Made by a program: the position numbers and the translations under genes. DNA of 32,000 nucleotides. It comes from Zestosphaera tikiterensis (lineage in GTDB: Archaea > Thermoproteota > Thermoprotei_A > Sulfolobales > NBVN01). Below the pieces are notes generated by a model that was given only the letters and a program-made list of their open reading frames with translations, made no database searches and was not told where the DNA came from. The stretch spans positions 48,678 through 80,677 of the forward strand of contig NBVN01000006.1 in assembly GCA_003056265.1 (NCBI GenBank), in the 5' to 3' direction. Shown here one piece after another: positions 7,636 through 18,037 of the stretch. Within the stretch, counting starts at the first letter, position 1. Every line of letters begins with the position of its first letter.

Positions 7636-9912
7636 CTATGTGGTGAGTTCCTTAACGTATGACTGCAGGCCTCTATTCTCTATCCTATATATTTTGTCGG
7701 CTATGTCCTTAACTTTCTCCTCATGTGTTACTATGATTATTTGTTTTAGGTTGCTCGCTACCTGCTTAAGTATTTCGAAGAGTTTCTCTCTGTTCTCCTC
7801 GTCTAGGTAGACCGTAGGTTCGTCAAGTATTATAGTTGATACTTTACCCATGAGCATCTCAGCTAGGGCTAGTCTTAAAGCTATCGCTATGCTTACCTTC
7901 TCACCTCCTGAGGCGTTCTTAACGTTTAGCTCTTCATCGTTTACATAGTAGCTTATGTTATATTCATCATCTATTTTTAATCGCTCTATACCTAGCTTAA
8001 ACCCCTTAAGTATTTCGTTAGCTCGCCTCTCAAGTTCCTCCCTAGCTTTAACAGTTAACTTCTTAGCGATTACGCCGTCCCTACCTAAGTAAGCCTCGCT
8101 AAACTCTCTTAAAGTCTTAACGACTTTCTTCCTCTGCTCTATATCCTCAAGAGCTTTCCTTAACTCCTTAATCTCCTCAGCGATTCTAACCTCCCTATCG
8201 CATATTTCCTCAAGCCTCCCCTTAATAAGCCCAACCCTCCTATTCAAGTCGTTTAACTGATTCCTCAAAGCGTTTACGTGATTAACTACCCTACTTAAGG
8301 AGTTGTTTATAGCTGACCTCACTTTAATTATATCGGATCTACTTACGTTTAAGCTTAACGTTACGCCAGTAACTGAAGCGTAGGAGTTGAACTCATTAAG
8401 TAAGCCCTCCACATCCAACTCTAATTCAGTAACGTCGCCTAACTCAGCCTTAAGGTTTTCTAACTCAATTGAAACCTTAGTGAATTCTTCCTTAAGTTTA
8501 AGGAGTTGATCTACGCATTCGTTAAGCTCCCTACTTAAGCTTAACTCGCCGCAGAGCTTTACAGCCTCGGAAGCCAGCCTTTCCTCCTCCTCACGAGCCC
8601 TCCTTAACTCCTCACTTAACGTCTCTTCAGCCGTAAGTAACCTCCTAAACTCCCTCTCCATAGCTTCAACTTGCTTAACTGTTTTCAATAAAGCATCCAT
8701 TTCTCTCTTTAGATCCGCCAGCCTCACTTTAAGGTTTTCAGACTCTTCGATAAGGTGTTGACGTATTGACGTAGGGTCTTTAATTAATGACCCGCATATA
8801 GGGCATTTACTTGATTCACTAACCTTATTTAAGTACACGTTATATAGGTCTATTAAGGACTCCACCCTAGCTATGTCGTTGGTGAGGGCCTCACCCCTAG
8901 AGTTTAAACCCTCCTTTAACTCCTCTAAGTCTTGCTGGCTGGATACCCGCCTACCGAAGAGTTCCGAAGCTTTTGAAGTTAACGAGTTTAAATCGCTTCT
9001 TAACTTATTAATTCGTGCGGTTACGTCACTAACTGATTTACGTGCCCTAACGAGGTTTTCTGGACTCCACGCACTTAAAACCTTAAGTTCATCATATCTT
9101 GATTTAAGCTCTTTAAACCTACGCATTATTAAAGCCTGTTCAAACATATCTAAAGCTTTAACGGCGTTGCTTAAGTCGCTTCTCTCACGCTCGGCTTTAT
9201 CTATCCTCTCCTCAAGCTCTTTCAACTCTTTAGATAGCGCTTCATATTCTTTCTGAAGCTTCACAACCTCCTCCTTAACCCTCCTCTCCTCCTCCTGAAG
9301 TTTAGAAAGCCTTACCCTCCTATCGCTTTCCTCAGCCGTTAAAACCTTCTCTTTAGAGTTTAACGCAGTCTTAACTACTTCGAGGGCGTTGATTAGGTTT
9401 TCCAAACCGAATAGGCTTAATATCTCTTCACGCCTCTCCGAAGGCTTTAAATCTATTATCTTAGTTAACTCGTCTTGAAGGCTTAATATCGTGTTCCTAA
9501 CTAAATCAACAACGAGTTCATGCCTACTAACCCCTAACAAACTCGATATCTCTTTAATCACTGGGTTGAAATTCACAGCTTTTAAAACCTCCCCACCCTC
9601 CTTAATCTCGTAAAGCCTTACTGAATCGCTACCGTCAAGCGATACCTCCCTCACAACTTTAAAACTACGCCCACCAACCTCGAAGACAACCGCTATAGAG
9701 CCTTTCCTATACCCCCTATGTAGTAAGGACTCCTTCCTACCCTCCCTAACGCTGTACTTCGGCGTTGGGAATAACGCGACGAAAAGCCCTTCAACAACCG
9801 ATGACTTACCGGCTCCGTTAGGACCTACTAAAGCGTTCACGCCCTCCGTGAACTCCAGCTCTGAATTTCTATGAGATAGGAAGTTATTTAGGTATACCTT
9901 CTTAATAATCAC
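7636..9912 (-). CDS. rad50: Rad50 DNA double-strand-break repair ATPase
   Basis: Walker A GPNGAGKSS, long coiled coil, zinc hook CPICG, signature SGGEKVSIAIALRLAL, Walker B TIILDEPTVYLD and H-loop VTHE. Its start overlaps the mre11 stop. Confidence 0.95.
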   Translation of the reverse strand: MIIKKVYLNNFLSHRNSELEFTEGVNALVGPNGAGKSSVVEGLFVALFPTPKYSVREGRKESLLHRGYRKGSIAVVFEVGGRSFKVVREVSLDGSDSVRLYEIKEGGEVLKAVNFNPVIKEISSLLGVSRHELVVDLVRNTILSLQDELTKIIDLKPSERREEILSLFGLENLINALEVVKTALNSKEKVLTAEESDRRVRLSKLQEEERRVKEEVVKLQKEYEALSKELKELEERIDKAERERSDLSNAVKALDMFEQALIMRRFKELKSRYDELKVLSAWSPENLVRARKSVSDVTARINKLRSDLNSLTSKASELFGRRVSSQQDLEELKEGLNSRGEALTNDIARVESLIDLYNVYLNKVSESSKCPICGSLIKDPTSIRQHLIEESENLKVRLADLKREMDALLKTVKQVEAMEREFRRLLTAEETLSEELRRAREEEERLASEAVKLCGELSLSRELNECVDQLLKLKEEFTKVSIELENLKAELGDVTELELDVEGLLNEFNSYASVTGVTLSLNVSRSDIIKVRSAINNSLSRVVNHVNALRNQLNDLNRRVGLIKGRLEEICDREVRIAEEIKELRKALEDIEQRKKVVKTLREFSEAYLGRDGVIAKKLTVKAREELERRANEILKGFKLGIERLKIDDEYNISYYVNDEELNVKNASGGEKVSIAIALRLALAEMLMGKVSTIILDEPTVYLDEENREKLFEILKQVASNLKQIIIVTHEEKVKDIADKIYRIENRGLQSYVKELTT

Positions 9913-11084
9913 TTCCTCCTCACCAACTCCTCAAGTTTTTTATAGAGGCTTCTATCCTTAACCAACAGCTCCAGAATTAACTCCACGTCTTTATCGCTGG
10001 TTGAACTAACTAAAGCCTGAACCAACTGTGTGATGCCCTCATCTTTAAACGTTTCTTTAATGACCGCATCTAAACTAACTGTAGATACGCCCTCACCACG
10101 GCCCTCCCCAACCTCGAGTTCCCCACCTTCAGCTGTTTTAGTCAGTATTCGAAAGTCGGAGATTAACCCCCTCTCAACAGCCCTACTTAACTCCGTTCTA
10201 AGCTTCTCAGCTTCAAACCTGCTTAATTTAGATGTGAGCTCCACGTACAGGATGGGCTTCTTAACTAGGTTGTGACTTCCTAACCTACCTAAGCTTTGCT
10301 GAAGTTCGTTAACGTTTTTAATCACTAACTTCGCAAACCTTCTAAACCTCTCTAAACGTATGTGTTGAAGTACCGCTTCAGAACCACTTAAATCAACTAA
10401 AACAACGTATCTCTCATCCCTATATTCTTGAATGTCTTGAGCTTCTGTAGAGCCTGGGTATACGATAGGCGGGTTTCTAATGTTTGGATATACGTAGTTT
10501 ATGTGGTAATCCCCTAAAGCCACGTAGTTATACTCTTTAACAGGTAGTTGAGTTATTGAGATGTGATAGCTGGGTAAGCCCAACTCCTGAAGCAGTATAT
10601 GCGCTATGAGGATCTTCTTACGTGCTTCAGGGGGTTTAACCTTACTTAAGACTTCCTTAGCCATAGAGCCTTCGAAGTAGGGGATGCCGGTAACCCCTAA
10701 GTCCCCTGAGTTAAGCTTAACCACTTCGTTTTTTACGTCGCCTGGAGACTCACCTAACGAGTGAGCAAGCCCTAACTCCTTAAGTACGTGTATTGGTGAG
10801 GCTCCAGCACGTTTAGCCATGTCATGCTGACCCGCCACAACAATGAACTTTATGTTCCGTTCTCTCAACTTGTTTAAAGCCTTAACTGCGTATACGTAGG
10901 GTCTTGGAGGAGGTCTGAAGTCGTCGAATAGATCTCCTGAATGTATTACGGCGTCTACATGTTCTTTAATCGCTATATCTATAGCTTCATCGAAGACTTC
11001 GTAGAAGTCTTTCTCCCTCTCGAAACTTCCAGTAAAGGGTTTTGAAGAGCCTAAATGCGTGTCTGAAACGTGAAGTAGTAACAT
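9909..11084 (-). CDS. mre11: Mre11 nuclease
   Basis: Phosphoesterase motifs DTHLG, GDLFD, AGQHD and GDYH in canonical order. Sits immediately upstream of rad50. Confidence 0.95.
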   Translation of the reverse strand: MLLLHVSDTHLGSSKPFTGSFEREKDFYEVFDEAIDIAIKEHVDAVIHSGDLFDDFRPPPRPYVYAVKALNKLRERNIKFIVVAGQHDMAKRAGASPIHVLKELGLAHSLGESPGDVKNEVVKLNSGDLGVTGIPYFEGSMAKEVLSKVKPPEARKKILIAHILLQELGLPSYHISITQLPVKEYNYVALGDYHINYVYPNIRNPPIVYPGSTEAQDIQEYRDERYVVLVDLSGSEAVLQHIRLERFRRFAKLVIKNVNELQQSLGRLGSHNLVKKPILYVELTSKLSRFEAEKLRTELSRAVERGLISDFRILTKTAEGGELEVGEGRGEGVSTVSLDAVIKETFKDEGITQLVQALVSSTSDKDVELILELLVKDRSLYKKLEELVRRK

Positions 11085-11101
11085 CCTTAAACCACCTTAT
11101 C

Positions 11102-12712
11102 TTAAAGCTCCGTTAAGGAGCTCCTCTCCTTAGCTTTAGAGGCTTCGGAATTACGCTCTATTAACTTGTCCCTCCATACACTCACTACTTTAGGTGAGGC
11201 ACCTAACTTCTTACCTTCGTGTTTATCTATGTGAGCGTAAACAGTGAACCTCCCCACCCACTCACCAACTAAGATCGCGTGTCCCGGCGGGAAAGAAGGC
11301 ATTAAGTTGGAGTACTCCTCGCTTAACACGTCTGAAAACTCAACTACTTTATTTCTATCCATGGTTTGAACTAACTTGAAGAAGGCGAAGTTCTGAACCT
11401 GCGATACTATCGCTGGGTCTAAAGTCCTCGGTCTCTGACTAACTATAGCTAACATAGCCCCGAATTTCCTGCCCTCCCTAACGAACCTCTGGAGGGCTTC
11501 CTTAGATTCCGTATGTCTATTCTCACTTAAGAATATGTGGGCCTCCTCAACAACCAGGAGTGTTGGGATCGCCCTCCTCTCCTTCAAAGACCAGAGCAGG
11601 TCTTCAGCGATTACCTTAAGCATCCAGTCCTGCTCGCTATCCGTTAACTCGGAGACGTCCACATCTATTATCCTCTCAGGCGCTATTAACTCACTAACTT
11701 CAGGCATGTCTAGGCTTGTTTTATGCCATTCGAAGAAGTCCTCTATCTTATCTATTATGTTATCCCTTAGCTTATCGTCTTTAGGTACGGCTTTAATCAC
11801 CTCGCCTTTAAGGAGTTCCTCATAAGCTTGTATTTCGCTTAAGTCACCACCTACCGCACGTCCAGACGCTTTAGCTAACTCAACCACAGCTTTAGATAGG
11901 GGTATCCCCTCCTTCGAAGCCTTCTCTAAGATCCTACCGTTTAAACTTTTTATCGCGTTCCTCAATATCCTCCTTTGCTTGGTTGCCCCCGGCTCGGAAA
12001 TTATGAACATCGTAAGCAATCTAATAGGGGTTTTAATTAAGTTTATGCTTGCTTCGTAAGACACGACCTCAACCCTACCTGGGTTCTCGCTTTCCAACTT
12101 ATACTCGCCGTGTGTGTCGAAGATCACTACGCTACCGCCTAATCCAGCCACCCTATCCGCTAAGACCGCTATGAAGTTGCTCTTACCTGAGCCCGTAACC
12201 CCAGTTACTAAGAGGTGCTTTACTAAAGCGTTTACGTTAACCCTAACTTCAATGTCTTCTTCGTGGCCGGCTAGAGAACCCACTCTAATGCTTTCCTCCG
12301 GGTCTTGCCTGTAGATCTTGCTGAGGTGTTGTGGGGTTGCTAAATATACTTTAGTTTCAGGCGGGGGTGGGTACGTAGGTACTGAAGGCCTGTCTTCAGT
12401 TATGTCCGCTATGAGTATAGCGTCCATTACGGACTCCCGCTTAAGTTCTAAAAGCTCTGGAGCTTCAACAACTACTGTGGGGATTGACGTAGGGGGTTTA
12501 CTCATCACAGGCGTTAAAGACTTGAATTGAGTTGCGCCTATAAGACCTACTACATCCCTCCTCATGACGTTCTTAGATCTTGGGTCTTTAACCTGGTAGT
12601 TTAAGTATACATACGTCCCTACGGGTAAGGGATACCTAGCCTTAACGCTTATCCTCGTCGGTGAGGACTCCTCACCAACAACGCCTACCTCAGTTAGGTT
12701 CTGAACGCTCAT
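11102..12712 (-). CDS. herA: HerA hexameric DNA helicase/translocase
   Basis: Walker A GVTGSGKSN and Walker B LLVVEEAH. Its start overlaps the nurA stop by 4 nt and it lies in an operon with mre11/rad50. Confidence 0.9.
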   Translation of the reverse strand: MSVQNLTEVGVVGEESSPTRISVKARYPLPVGTYVYLNYQVKDPRSKNVMRRDVVGLIGATQFKSLTPVMSKPPTSIPTVVVEAPELLELKRESVMDAILIADITEDRPSVPTYPPPPETKVYLATPQHLSKIYRQDPEESIRVGSLAGHEEDIEVRVNVNALVKHLLVTGVTGSGKSNFIAVLADRVAGLGGSVVIFDTHGEYKLESENPGRVEVVSYEASINLIKTPIRLLTMFIISEPGATKQRRILRNAIKSLNGRILEKASKEGIPLSKAVVELAKASGRAVGGDLSEIQAYEELLKGEVIKAVPKDDKLRDNIIDKIEDFFEWHKTSLDMPEVSELIAPERIIDVDVSELTDSEQDWMLKVIAEDLLWSLKERRAIPTLLVVEEAHIFLSENRHTESKEALQRFVREGRKFGAMLAIVSQRPRTLDPAIVSQVQNFAFFKLVQTMDRNKVVEFSDVLSEEYSNLMPSFPPGHAILVGEWVGRFTVYAHIDKHEGKKLGASPKVVSVWRDKLIERNSEASKAKERSSLTEL

Positions 12713-13752
12713 GTGAACTCACCCAACACTTCACGTCCTGAAAAGATGTTTCCGTAGCCTAACTTCTGCATTACTGAGGTTACTTCAGAGTTTTTGAGTT
12801 TGCTTGTGGCGTGGGCTATCCGCAGAGGTTCTGGATATCCGTTGCTGGAGTATTTCATAACCGTTGATAATATCCTACGTACTTCATCAACTTCCTTAAC
12901 GCCTGGGATGCTTACTTGATAGTATGGACCTCCGTATCCAAGGCTGACGTAAGTTACTGTCATCGGTATAAGCCCTGACACGTCGAATTCCCTCCTATTT
13001 AACGGGGGCGGTAACTCATCCTTACCGACGACTATAGGTTCTATTATGTGAGGCTCTAGAGGTAGTTTTAAAGTGTTTCTAAAGTAGTTTAATACAGCTA
13101 CGTCGTTTACCTCCCTACTAACTTTAGGGTCTTTAAACCATTCCCTAGCGTAGTAATTCAGCTTTACAGACTTGGATATGAATACTAAAGTAGCTGATTG
13201 TGAAAGCCTCCTTAGGGAATCCCTGATGTCCTCCCATAACTTCCTCACTTCCTCCCTCTTCTCTTTAACGCCTTTAAGTCCGAAGCTTAAGAACGATATT
13301 AAAGAACCGTCTAACATAGCTATGTAGCCGGACTCACCATCCAGTAAGTCCTCAATAAGTTGTAGCTCGTAAAGTCTTGACCTCATCTTAACTATCCTCT
13401 CTATTACGTGATCAGGTACTGACTCCTTTTCTGTATGGGAGTGTTTCTCATAGCCTGCCTTAACTTTCAAGTCTGTTGAGGGCCCCCCGCCCGACCTACA
13501 GTACTTTAAACCAACTGCTTGGATTAAATATAGGGTTACGTAAGCAAAGCTTTTCTTAACGTAGCTTGAGTCGGAAGATAAAACGCCTTGAATATGTAAC
13601 GCGTCGTTAGAGTCTAAACCCACGTACTTAACGTTCACGTCTTTAACTATCCCGCGAATGTTTCTTAAATCCTTATCTATGTCGGATAACGCCTCGAAAA
13701 GCTTCTCAACGGTTTCATCGTATAAAGGCAGTCCCACACACCCAACAAACAC
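12709..13752 (-). CDS. nurA: NurA 5'-3' nuclease
   Basis: 347 aa with a GTG start. NurA-like acidic motifs (SSDSSY, AMLDGSLISF). The assignment also relies on its position coupled to herA. Confidence 0.8.
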   Translation of the reverse strand: MFVGCVGLPLYDETVEKLFEALSDIDKDLRNIRGIVKDVNVKYVGLDSNDALHIQGVLSSDSSYVKKSFAYVTLYLIQAVGLKYCRSGGGPSTDLKVKAGYEKHSHTEKESVPDHVIERIVKMRSRLYELQLIEDLLDGESGYIAMLDGSLISFLSFGLKGVKEKREEVRKLWEDIRDSLRRLSQSATLVFISKSVKLNYYAREWFKDPKVSREVNDVAVLNYFRNTLKLPLEPHIIEPIVVGKDELPPPLNRREFDVSGLIPMTVTYVSLGYGGPYYQVSIPGVKEVDEVRRILSTVMKYSSNGYPEPLRIAHATSKLKNSEVTSVMQKLGYGNIFSGREVLGEFT

Positions 13753-13972
13753 TACTAACCAACGTTTAAAACCTTCACTTACTTAAGCTAGTTTGCGGGG
13801 GCTTTAAAAGTATGACCTAAGGGTGGGGACGCGGCTTTAATCACTTTAAGTAAAGACCACGTTAAGTAATACTTAAGCGTAGCCGTCTCTCAACGTTAAC
13901 GCTTAAGTGAAAGTAATGAGCGGTGGGGTGTTTTGAATGTGTGGATTGCAGTTCTTAAGGTTTTATTGAGGG

Positions 13973-14902
13973 CTACGGTTCTGTAGCGCTTTCCTCAATT
14001 ATTAACGCTACCTCCTTAGGATCTATCGATGCTTTAACGCCTAAGGGAATTGTTATGTTTGGTTTTCCATGCCCGAATTTCACGCCTTTAAGTATGGGCT
14101 TATTTAAAGGTTTTAACACCTCCTCAAATACTTGATTTAATGTTAGGCTTTCCTCAGGGTTATCCGTCTCGCAGTTTGTGAAGTGTCCTAACACAATCCC
14201 AGCTGCTTGATCTAGCTTTCCAGAAAGCCTCAGCTGGGTTAACATCCTATCCACTCTATAAGGTTTTTCATTAACCTCCTCTAAAACAAGTATCTTGCCC
14301 TTGGTGTCTATCTCGTATGGTGTGCCGAGGGTTGAAACGATTAGGGATAGGTTGCCTCCCACGACCTCACCTTCAGCGAAGCCCTTAACCAGCATTTCCT
14401 CGCCGGCGATCTCCCCCAGAGGTTCTGAGGTTGTTAAAGCTTTAATTAGATATTCCTTAGTAACTTCATCTAGTTCCTCGCTAATGAACTCCACCGTAGG
14501 CATGGGGCCGTGAAACGTTATTAAACCGGCTTTTTGATTTAAAGCTATATGTAACGCGGTTATGTCGCTATACCCTAAAAGCACCTTAGGGTTTTTAGAG
14601 ATTAAGCCGTAGTCAAGTAGGTTTAACAACCTTAAGGAACCGTACCCACCGCGAACAGCGAAAACAGCTGAAACTTCAGGATCTACGAACATATTCATTA
14701 GGTCTGAAGCTCTAACGCCGTCTTCACCAGCTAAGTAGCCATGCCTGAGGTAGCAAGACCTACCCACCTTAACCTTAAAACCAAACCCCTCAACAAACCT
14801 TACAGCACGTTCTAACTTACTCGGCTCCACCGGACGTGCTGGAGCTACAAACCCAATAACGTCACCCTTCTTCAAGGCTTTAGGCCTTACATACTTAGCC
14901 AA
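13973..14902 (-). CDS. LD-carboxypeptidase / MccF-like S66 serine peptidase
   Basis: KKGDVIGFVAPARP, AVRGGYGSLRLL and LLGYSDITALH (nucleophile Ser) all fit the S66 family. Confidence 0.85.
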   Translation of the reverse strand: MAKYVRPKALKKGDVIGFVAPARPVEPSKLERAVRFVEGFGFKVKVGRSCYLRHGYLAGEDGVRASDLMNMFVDPEVSAVFAVRGGYGSLRLLNLLDYGLISKNPKVLLGYSDITALHIALNQKAGLITFHGPMPTVEFISEELDEVTKEYLIKALTTSEPLGEIAGEEMLVKGFAEGEVVGGNLSLIVSTLGTPYEIDTKGKILVLEEVNEKPYRVDRMLTQLRLSGKLDQAAGIVLGHFTNCETDNPEESLTLNQVFEEVLKPLNKPILKGVKFGHGKPNITIPLGVKASIDPKEVALIIEESATEP

Positions 14903-14937
14903 GGATAATACCTCCCTATCCTACCGTAGATATGCTT

Positions 14938-15450
14938 TCAACCCCTACCTAAATACTTAGTCAACAACCTTCTAGCAGTTAACGCCTGCCTACAGTCAGG
15001 ACATACGTAGATATCAGTATGCATATATAAATCACCAACCCTTTTATTAATCTCAACAACTAACTTAACTGGTGTGAAGGCTCTACCGCAGACCTTGCAA
15101 GTAACCGTTCTAAACACAAGTTCCCGCATTACGTCCTTCAGGTTAAACACGCTTAGTTCGAATTTGTTTGTTGTTTTTATTGCTTTTTGTGGGCATGTTT
15201 GTACGCACATCCAGCAGAATATACATCTACCTATGAAGTATTTTAGTATTGTTTCTTTTTCGTTTACTTCTATTGTTAATGCTTTTGGCGGGCATATCCT
15301 AACGCAAGCACCGCAACCAACACATTTAACAGGATCGATCTCAATCAAACCTCTAAACTCAGAAGTAACTAAAGAAGACTCAAAAGGATACCTCCTAGTA
15401 ACAGTACCAACAGTAGCTGAAGCTTTAAGAACCTTCAAAAACTTAACCAC
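14938..15450 (-). CDS. 2x[4Fe-4S] ferredoxin subunit of membrane-bound hydrogenase (HycF/NuoI/CooX-like)
   Basis: CVGCGACVRICP and CIFCWMCVQTCP, plus a C-terminal CxxC...CxxC as in HycF-type subunits. Confidence 0.85.
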   Translation of the reverse strand: MVKFLKVLKASATVGTVTRRYPFESSLVTSEFRGLIEIDPVKCVGCGACVRICPPKALTIEVNEKETILKYFIGRCIFCWMCVQTCPQKAIKTTNKFELSVFNLKDVMRELVFRTVTCKVCGRAFTPVKLVVEINKRVGDLYMHTDIYVCPDCRQALTARRLLTKYLGRG

Positions 15451-17153
15451 TAACTACCACCCTTAACACTTAACTTAATTAACGGTACCCTCTCAATCTT
15501 ACCTGTTTTTATGTTTATTTTTATTGCTCTGTCTGTGCATGAGAAGCATGGGTCTATGCTTGCTATTGTTATTGGTGCGTCAGCTAAGTCAACACCTCTT
15601 AACATCGTGGGTACTGCCTGTAGGTTTTGATACGTTGGGGACCTAACTCTCCATCTATAGGGTCCATACATGCCGGTAATCACTAAATGTATTACTTCGC
15701 CTCTTGGTGCTTCAACGTTTCCTAGCCCTAGCTTCATTGGCTGTGGTTCCCATGAATTAACTTTGATTTCGCTACCTGATGGTATTGTGTCGAGTAGTTG
15801 TTCTATTATGTTTATTGATTCGTATACCTCATCTATTCTTACTAACGTTCTAGCTAGGTTATCGCCTTCACTATACGTTGGTATTGAAAAACTTACGAAG
15901 TGGTAGGCGCCGTAGGTGTAGTCCTTCCTAACATCCCTACTAAGTCCTGAACCTCTAGCCGTAGGCCCTACCAACGAATAAGCTCTAGCCTCACCACCAG
16001 GTAAAACACCAGTACCCGATAACCTCCTCCTAACCTGAGGTACGTTAAGGAGAACTTCGGCAAACCCTTTGTAATCCTTCCATACTTCTTTTAGTGTTTG
16101 TTTTGTTTTTTCTATTTTTTCTTTGTTTATGTCTTTTCTTACCCCACCTACTAAGTTTATTCCGTATGTTTTCCTACTACCTGTTAATAACTCAGATAAA
16201 ACCATAACCTTCTCCCTAATCCTCCAAGCATACATAAAGCCTGTGTCGTATCCTAGCAAATGTGCCGCTATCCCCAGCCATAGTAGGTGGCTATGTATTC
16301 TTTCCAGCTCTAGTATTATTGTTCTTATGTATTGTGTTTTTTCAGGTACTTCAATGTTTAAAGCTTCTTCAACAGCTTGAGTATATGAAACAGAATGAAC
16401 AAAACCGCAAATACCGCAAATCCTCTCAGCAAGAAAAGGAATCTGGTCATAACCCATGCTTTCGCCTAGTTTTTCAATACCTCTATGAACCATAAAACCA
16501 ACATATCTAGCGTCAACGACCTTCTCTTCCTTAATATACAGCTCGAAATACTCCGGTTCGTGAAGTGCTGGGTGGTAAGGACCTACAGGTATTAAAGCTA
16601 CTTCTTCAGCTCCTACTTCAAGGGCTTTCTCACGTACTTGTGGTTGATATAGTTTTTTTATTTCTTCTGTTGTTATGTCTTTTTTTAGTGGGTGTATTTC
16701 TTCAGGCCAATCATCAGGTAATACAAGCCTTTTAAGAAACCTACCACTAAACTTAACGCCCATTAAATCATGAGCCTCAAGCTCATACCAATCACAAGCC
16801 TTAACAACGTCGGAAATGGAGGGTATTTCATAATGTTTTGATAGAGCCGCAGGTATCTTAACCTCTAAGATTACGTTTACTCCCTCCCTATCTAAGCCGA
16901 AGACGTAGTAAAGCTTAATTGAGTCGTTAATTAACTTCTCATCCGACGCTACCATAGTTCTTAAGTATACGTCCTCCTCAGACTGTAGGGCTTCAGCTAC
17001 TTTACGTAGGCATTCACTTTTCACAGACACTTTAACTGTTTTATCATGTATGAATTCTATCGACGTATGTGGCCCGCATAAGTCCTTAATCCTATTCAAC
17101 ACCTTAACTGTTTGGGTTTCCCCGCCTTCTTTAATTAGTAGCTGCTTAACCAT
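15450..17153 (-). CDS. [NiFe] hydrogenase large subunit, NuoC-NuoD fusion (HycE-like, group 4)
   Basis: 567 aa. The N-terminal NuoC-like domain (LVLPDDWPEEIHPLKKD) is followed by the NiFe ligands RICGICGFVHS and DPCFSCTDR, then a 25-aa tail. Confidence 0.9.
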   Translation of the reverse strand: MVKQLLIKEGGETQTVKVLNRIKDLCGPHTSIEFIHDKTVKVSVKSECLRKVAEALQSEEDVYLRTMVASDEKLINDSIKLYYVFGLDREGVNVILEVKIPAALSKHYEIPSISDVVKACDWYELEAHDLMGVKFSGRFLKRLVLPDDWPEEIHPLKKDITTEEIKKLYQPQVREKALEVGAEEVALIPVGPYHPALHEPEYFELYIKEEKVVDARYVGFMVHRGIEKLGESMGYDQIPFLAERICGICGFVHSVSYTQAVEEALNIEVPEKTQYIRTIILELERIHSHLLWLGIAAHLLGYDTGFMYAWRIREKVMVLSELLTGSRKTYGINLVGGVRKDINKEKIEKTKQTLKEVWKDYKGFAEVLLNVPQVRRRLSGTGVLPGGEARAYSLVGPTARGSGLSRDVRKDYTYGAYHFVSFSIPTYSEGDNLARTLVRIDEVYESINIIEQLLDTIPSGSEIKVNSWEPQPMKLGLGNVEAPRGEVIHLVITGMYGPYRWRVRSPTYQNLQAVPTMLRGVDLADAPITIASIDPCFSCTDRAIKINIKTGKIERVPLIKLSVKGGS

Positions 17154-18037
17154 GATAGAATCACCAAGAGGGAAATAATGATGAGTGTGGTTGTCGTAAG
17201 GGTTTTCAAGCTTAAGTCTATTCTAGTCCTACCAAGTAAAGCCGCTGTAAAGCCGTAACTTAAGTAGATCATTAAGCCGAAGGTTACGTTCGCCGCTAGT
17301 TTTATTGCGGGGTTTGTAAGGGATGTGAATGGGGTTAGGATTAGATACGCGGTGATGAAGCTTAATAAGTACTTCTTAAGTATGTGTGTGTATGAATATA
17401 TGCTTAGTAAAGGACCGCTTAACTCTATTAAAACCCCGCTAGCTAGTTCAGGTTCTGCTTCATGAATATCGTAGGGCACCCTACCACTGCTTACGTACGT
17501 AGTGATTACGACTAACGCAACACTAATTACGTAGGAAGTTATTAGCTGAGGGGACGTGTCGCTGGTGAGGTTTTTAAGAGCTGTTATTGAGTACAGCACA
17601 CCTACGAAAAAGCCTACCTCATTAACTACTTGAAGCAGGATTTTCCTAAAACTACCCACTACCGCGTAAGGGTTTGAAGTCGTTAACGACGTTAAGGATA
17701 TTAGTACGTGCGACCCAGATATTAACAATACAGTTAACGCTAGGTTTGCCGGGGTGAAAACATCTTGAGCGACAATCCAGATAGTGGAGGCTGTGGCGGT
17801 GACAGCCGTCACTAAAGCTATTGAAGATATGGTTAAGGTTAATTCAGCGCCTTTAGGAACTATTAACTCCTTAACCGCGAGTTTACGTAAGTCGTAAAAC
17901 GTCTGAAGTATGGTTGGAGGACCTACTCTAAACTGTATTTTAGCCCTTACTTTCCTTTCAATACCGTCAGCTAGTGGGGGAATTAAAAGCGAGAGAGTTA
18001 CAACAACCGCTTGAAGGATTAGTGTGGGAGTATCCAT
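17135..18037 (-). CDS. hydrogenase membrane subunit (HycD/NuoH/CooK-like)
   Basis: 300 aa, polytopic. DGIERKVRAKIQFRVGPP...QTFYDLRKL is the NuoH/HycD N-terminal signature. Confidence 0.85.
   Translation of the reverse strand: MDTPTLILQAVVVTLSLLIPPLADGIERKVRAKIQFRVGPPTILQTFYDLRKLAVKELIVPKGAELTLTISSIALVTAVTATASTIWIVAQDVFTPANLALTVLLISGSHVLISLTSLTTSNPYAVVGSFRKILLQVVNEVGFFVGVLYSITALKNLTSDTSPQLITSYVISVALVVITTYVSSGRVPYDIHEAEPELASGVLIELSGPLLSIYSYTHILKKYLLSFITAYLILTPFTSLTNPAIKLAANVTFGLMIYLSYGFTAALLGRTRIDLSLKTLTTTTLIIISLLVILSWLSSY

Noticed and set aside
8873-9256. Plus-strand ORFs antisense to rad50, mre11 and herA (8873-9256, 10030-10275, 11535-11825, 12114-12314, 12318-12530)
   Set aside because: They lie entirely inside well-supported minus-strand genes. 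Their Ser/Leu/Thr-rich low-complexity translations are typical of the antisense frame of Glu/Lys/Leu-rich genes.
13871-13908. 10-bp perfect hairpin (acttaagcgt ... acgcttaagt) between the LD-carboxypeptidase 3' end and the nurA 5' region
   Set aside because: The hairpin is real, but archaeal termination relies mainly on oligo-T and I cannot assign a function. It may be a protein-binding palindrome.
15074-16495. Plus-strand ORFs antisense to hydrogenase genes (15074-15466, 15670-15906, 16123-16380, 16262-16495, 18221-18460)
   Set aside because: They are embedded in motif-supported minus-strand CDSs and carry no motifs of their own.
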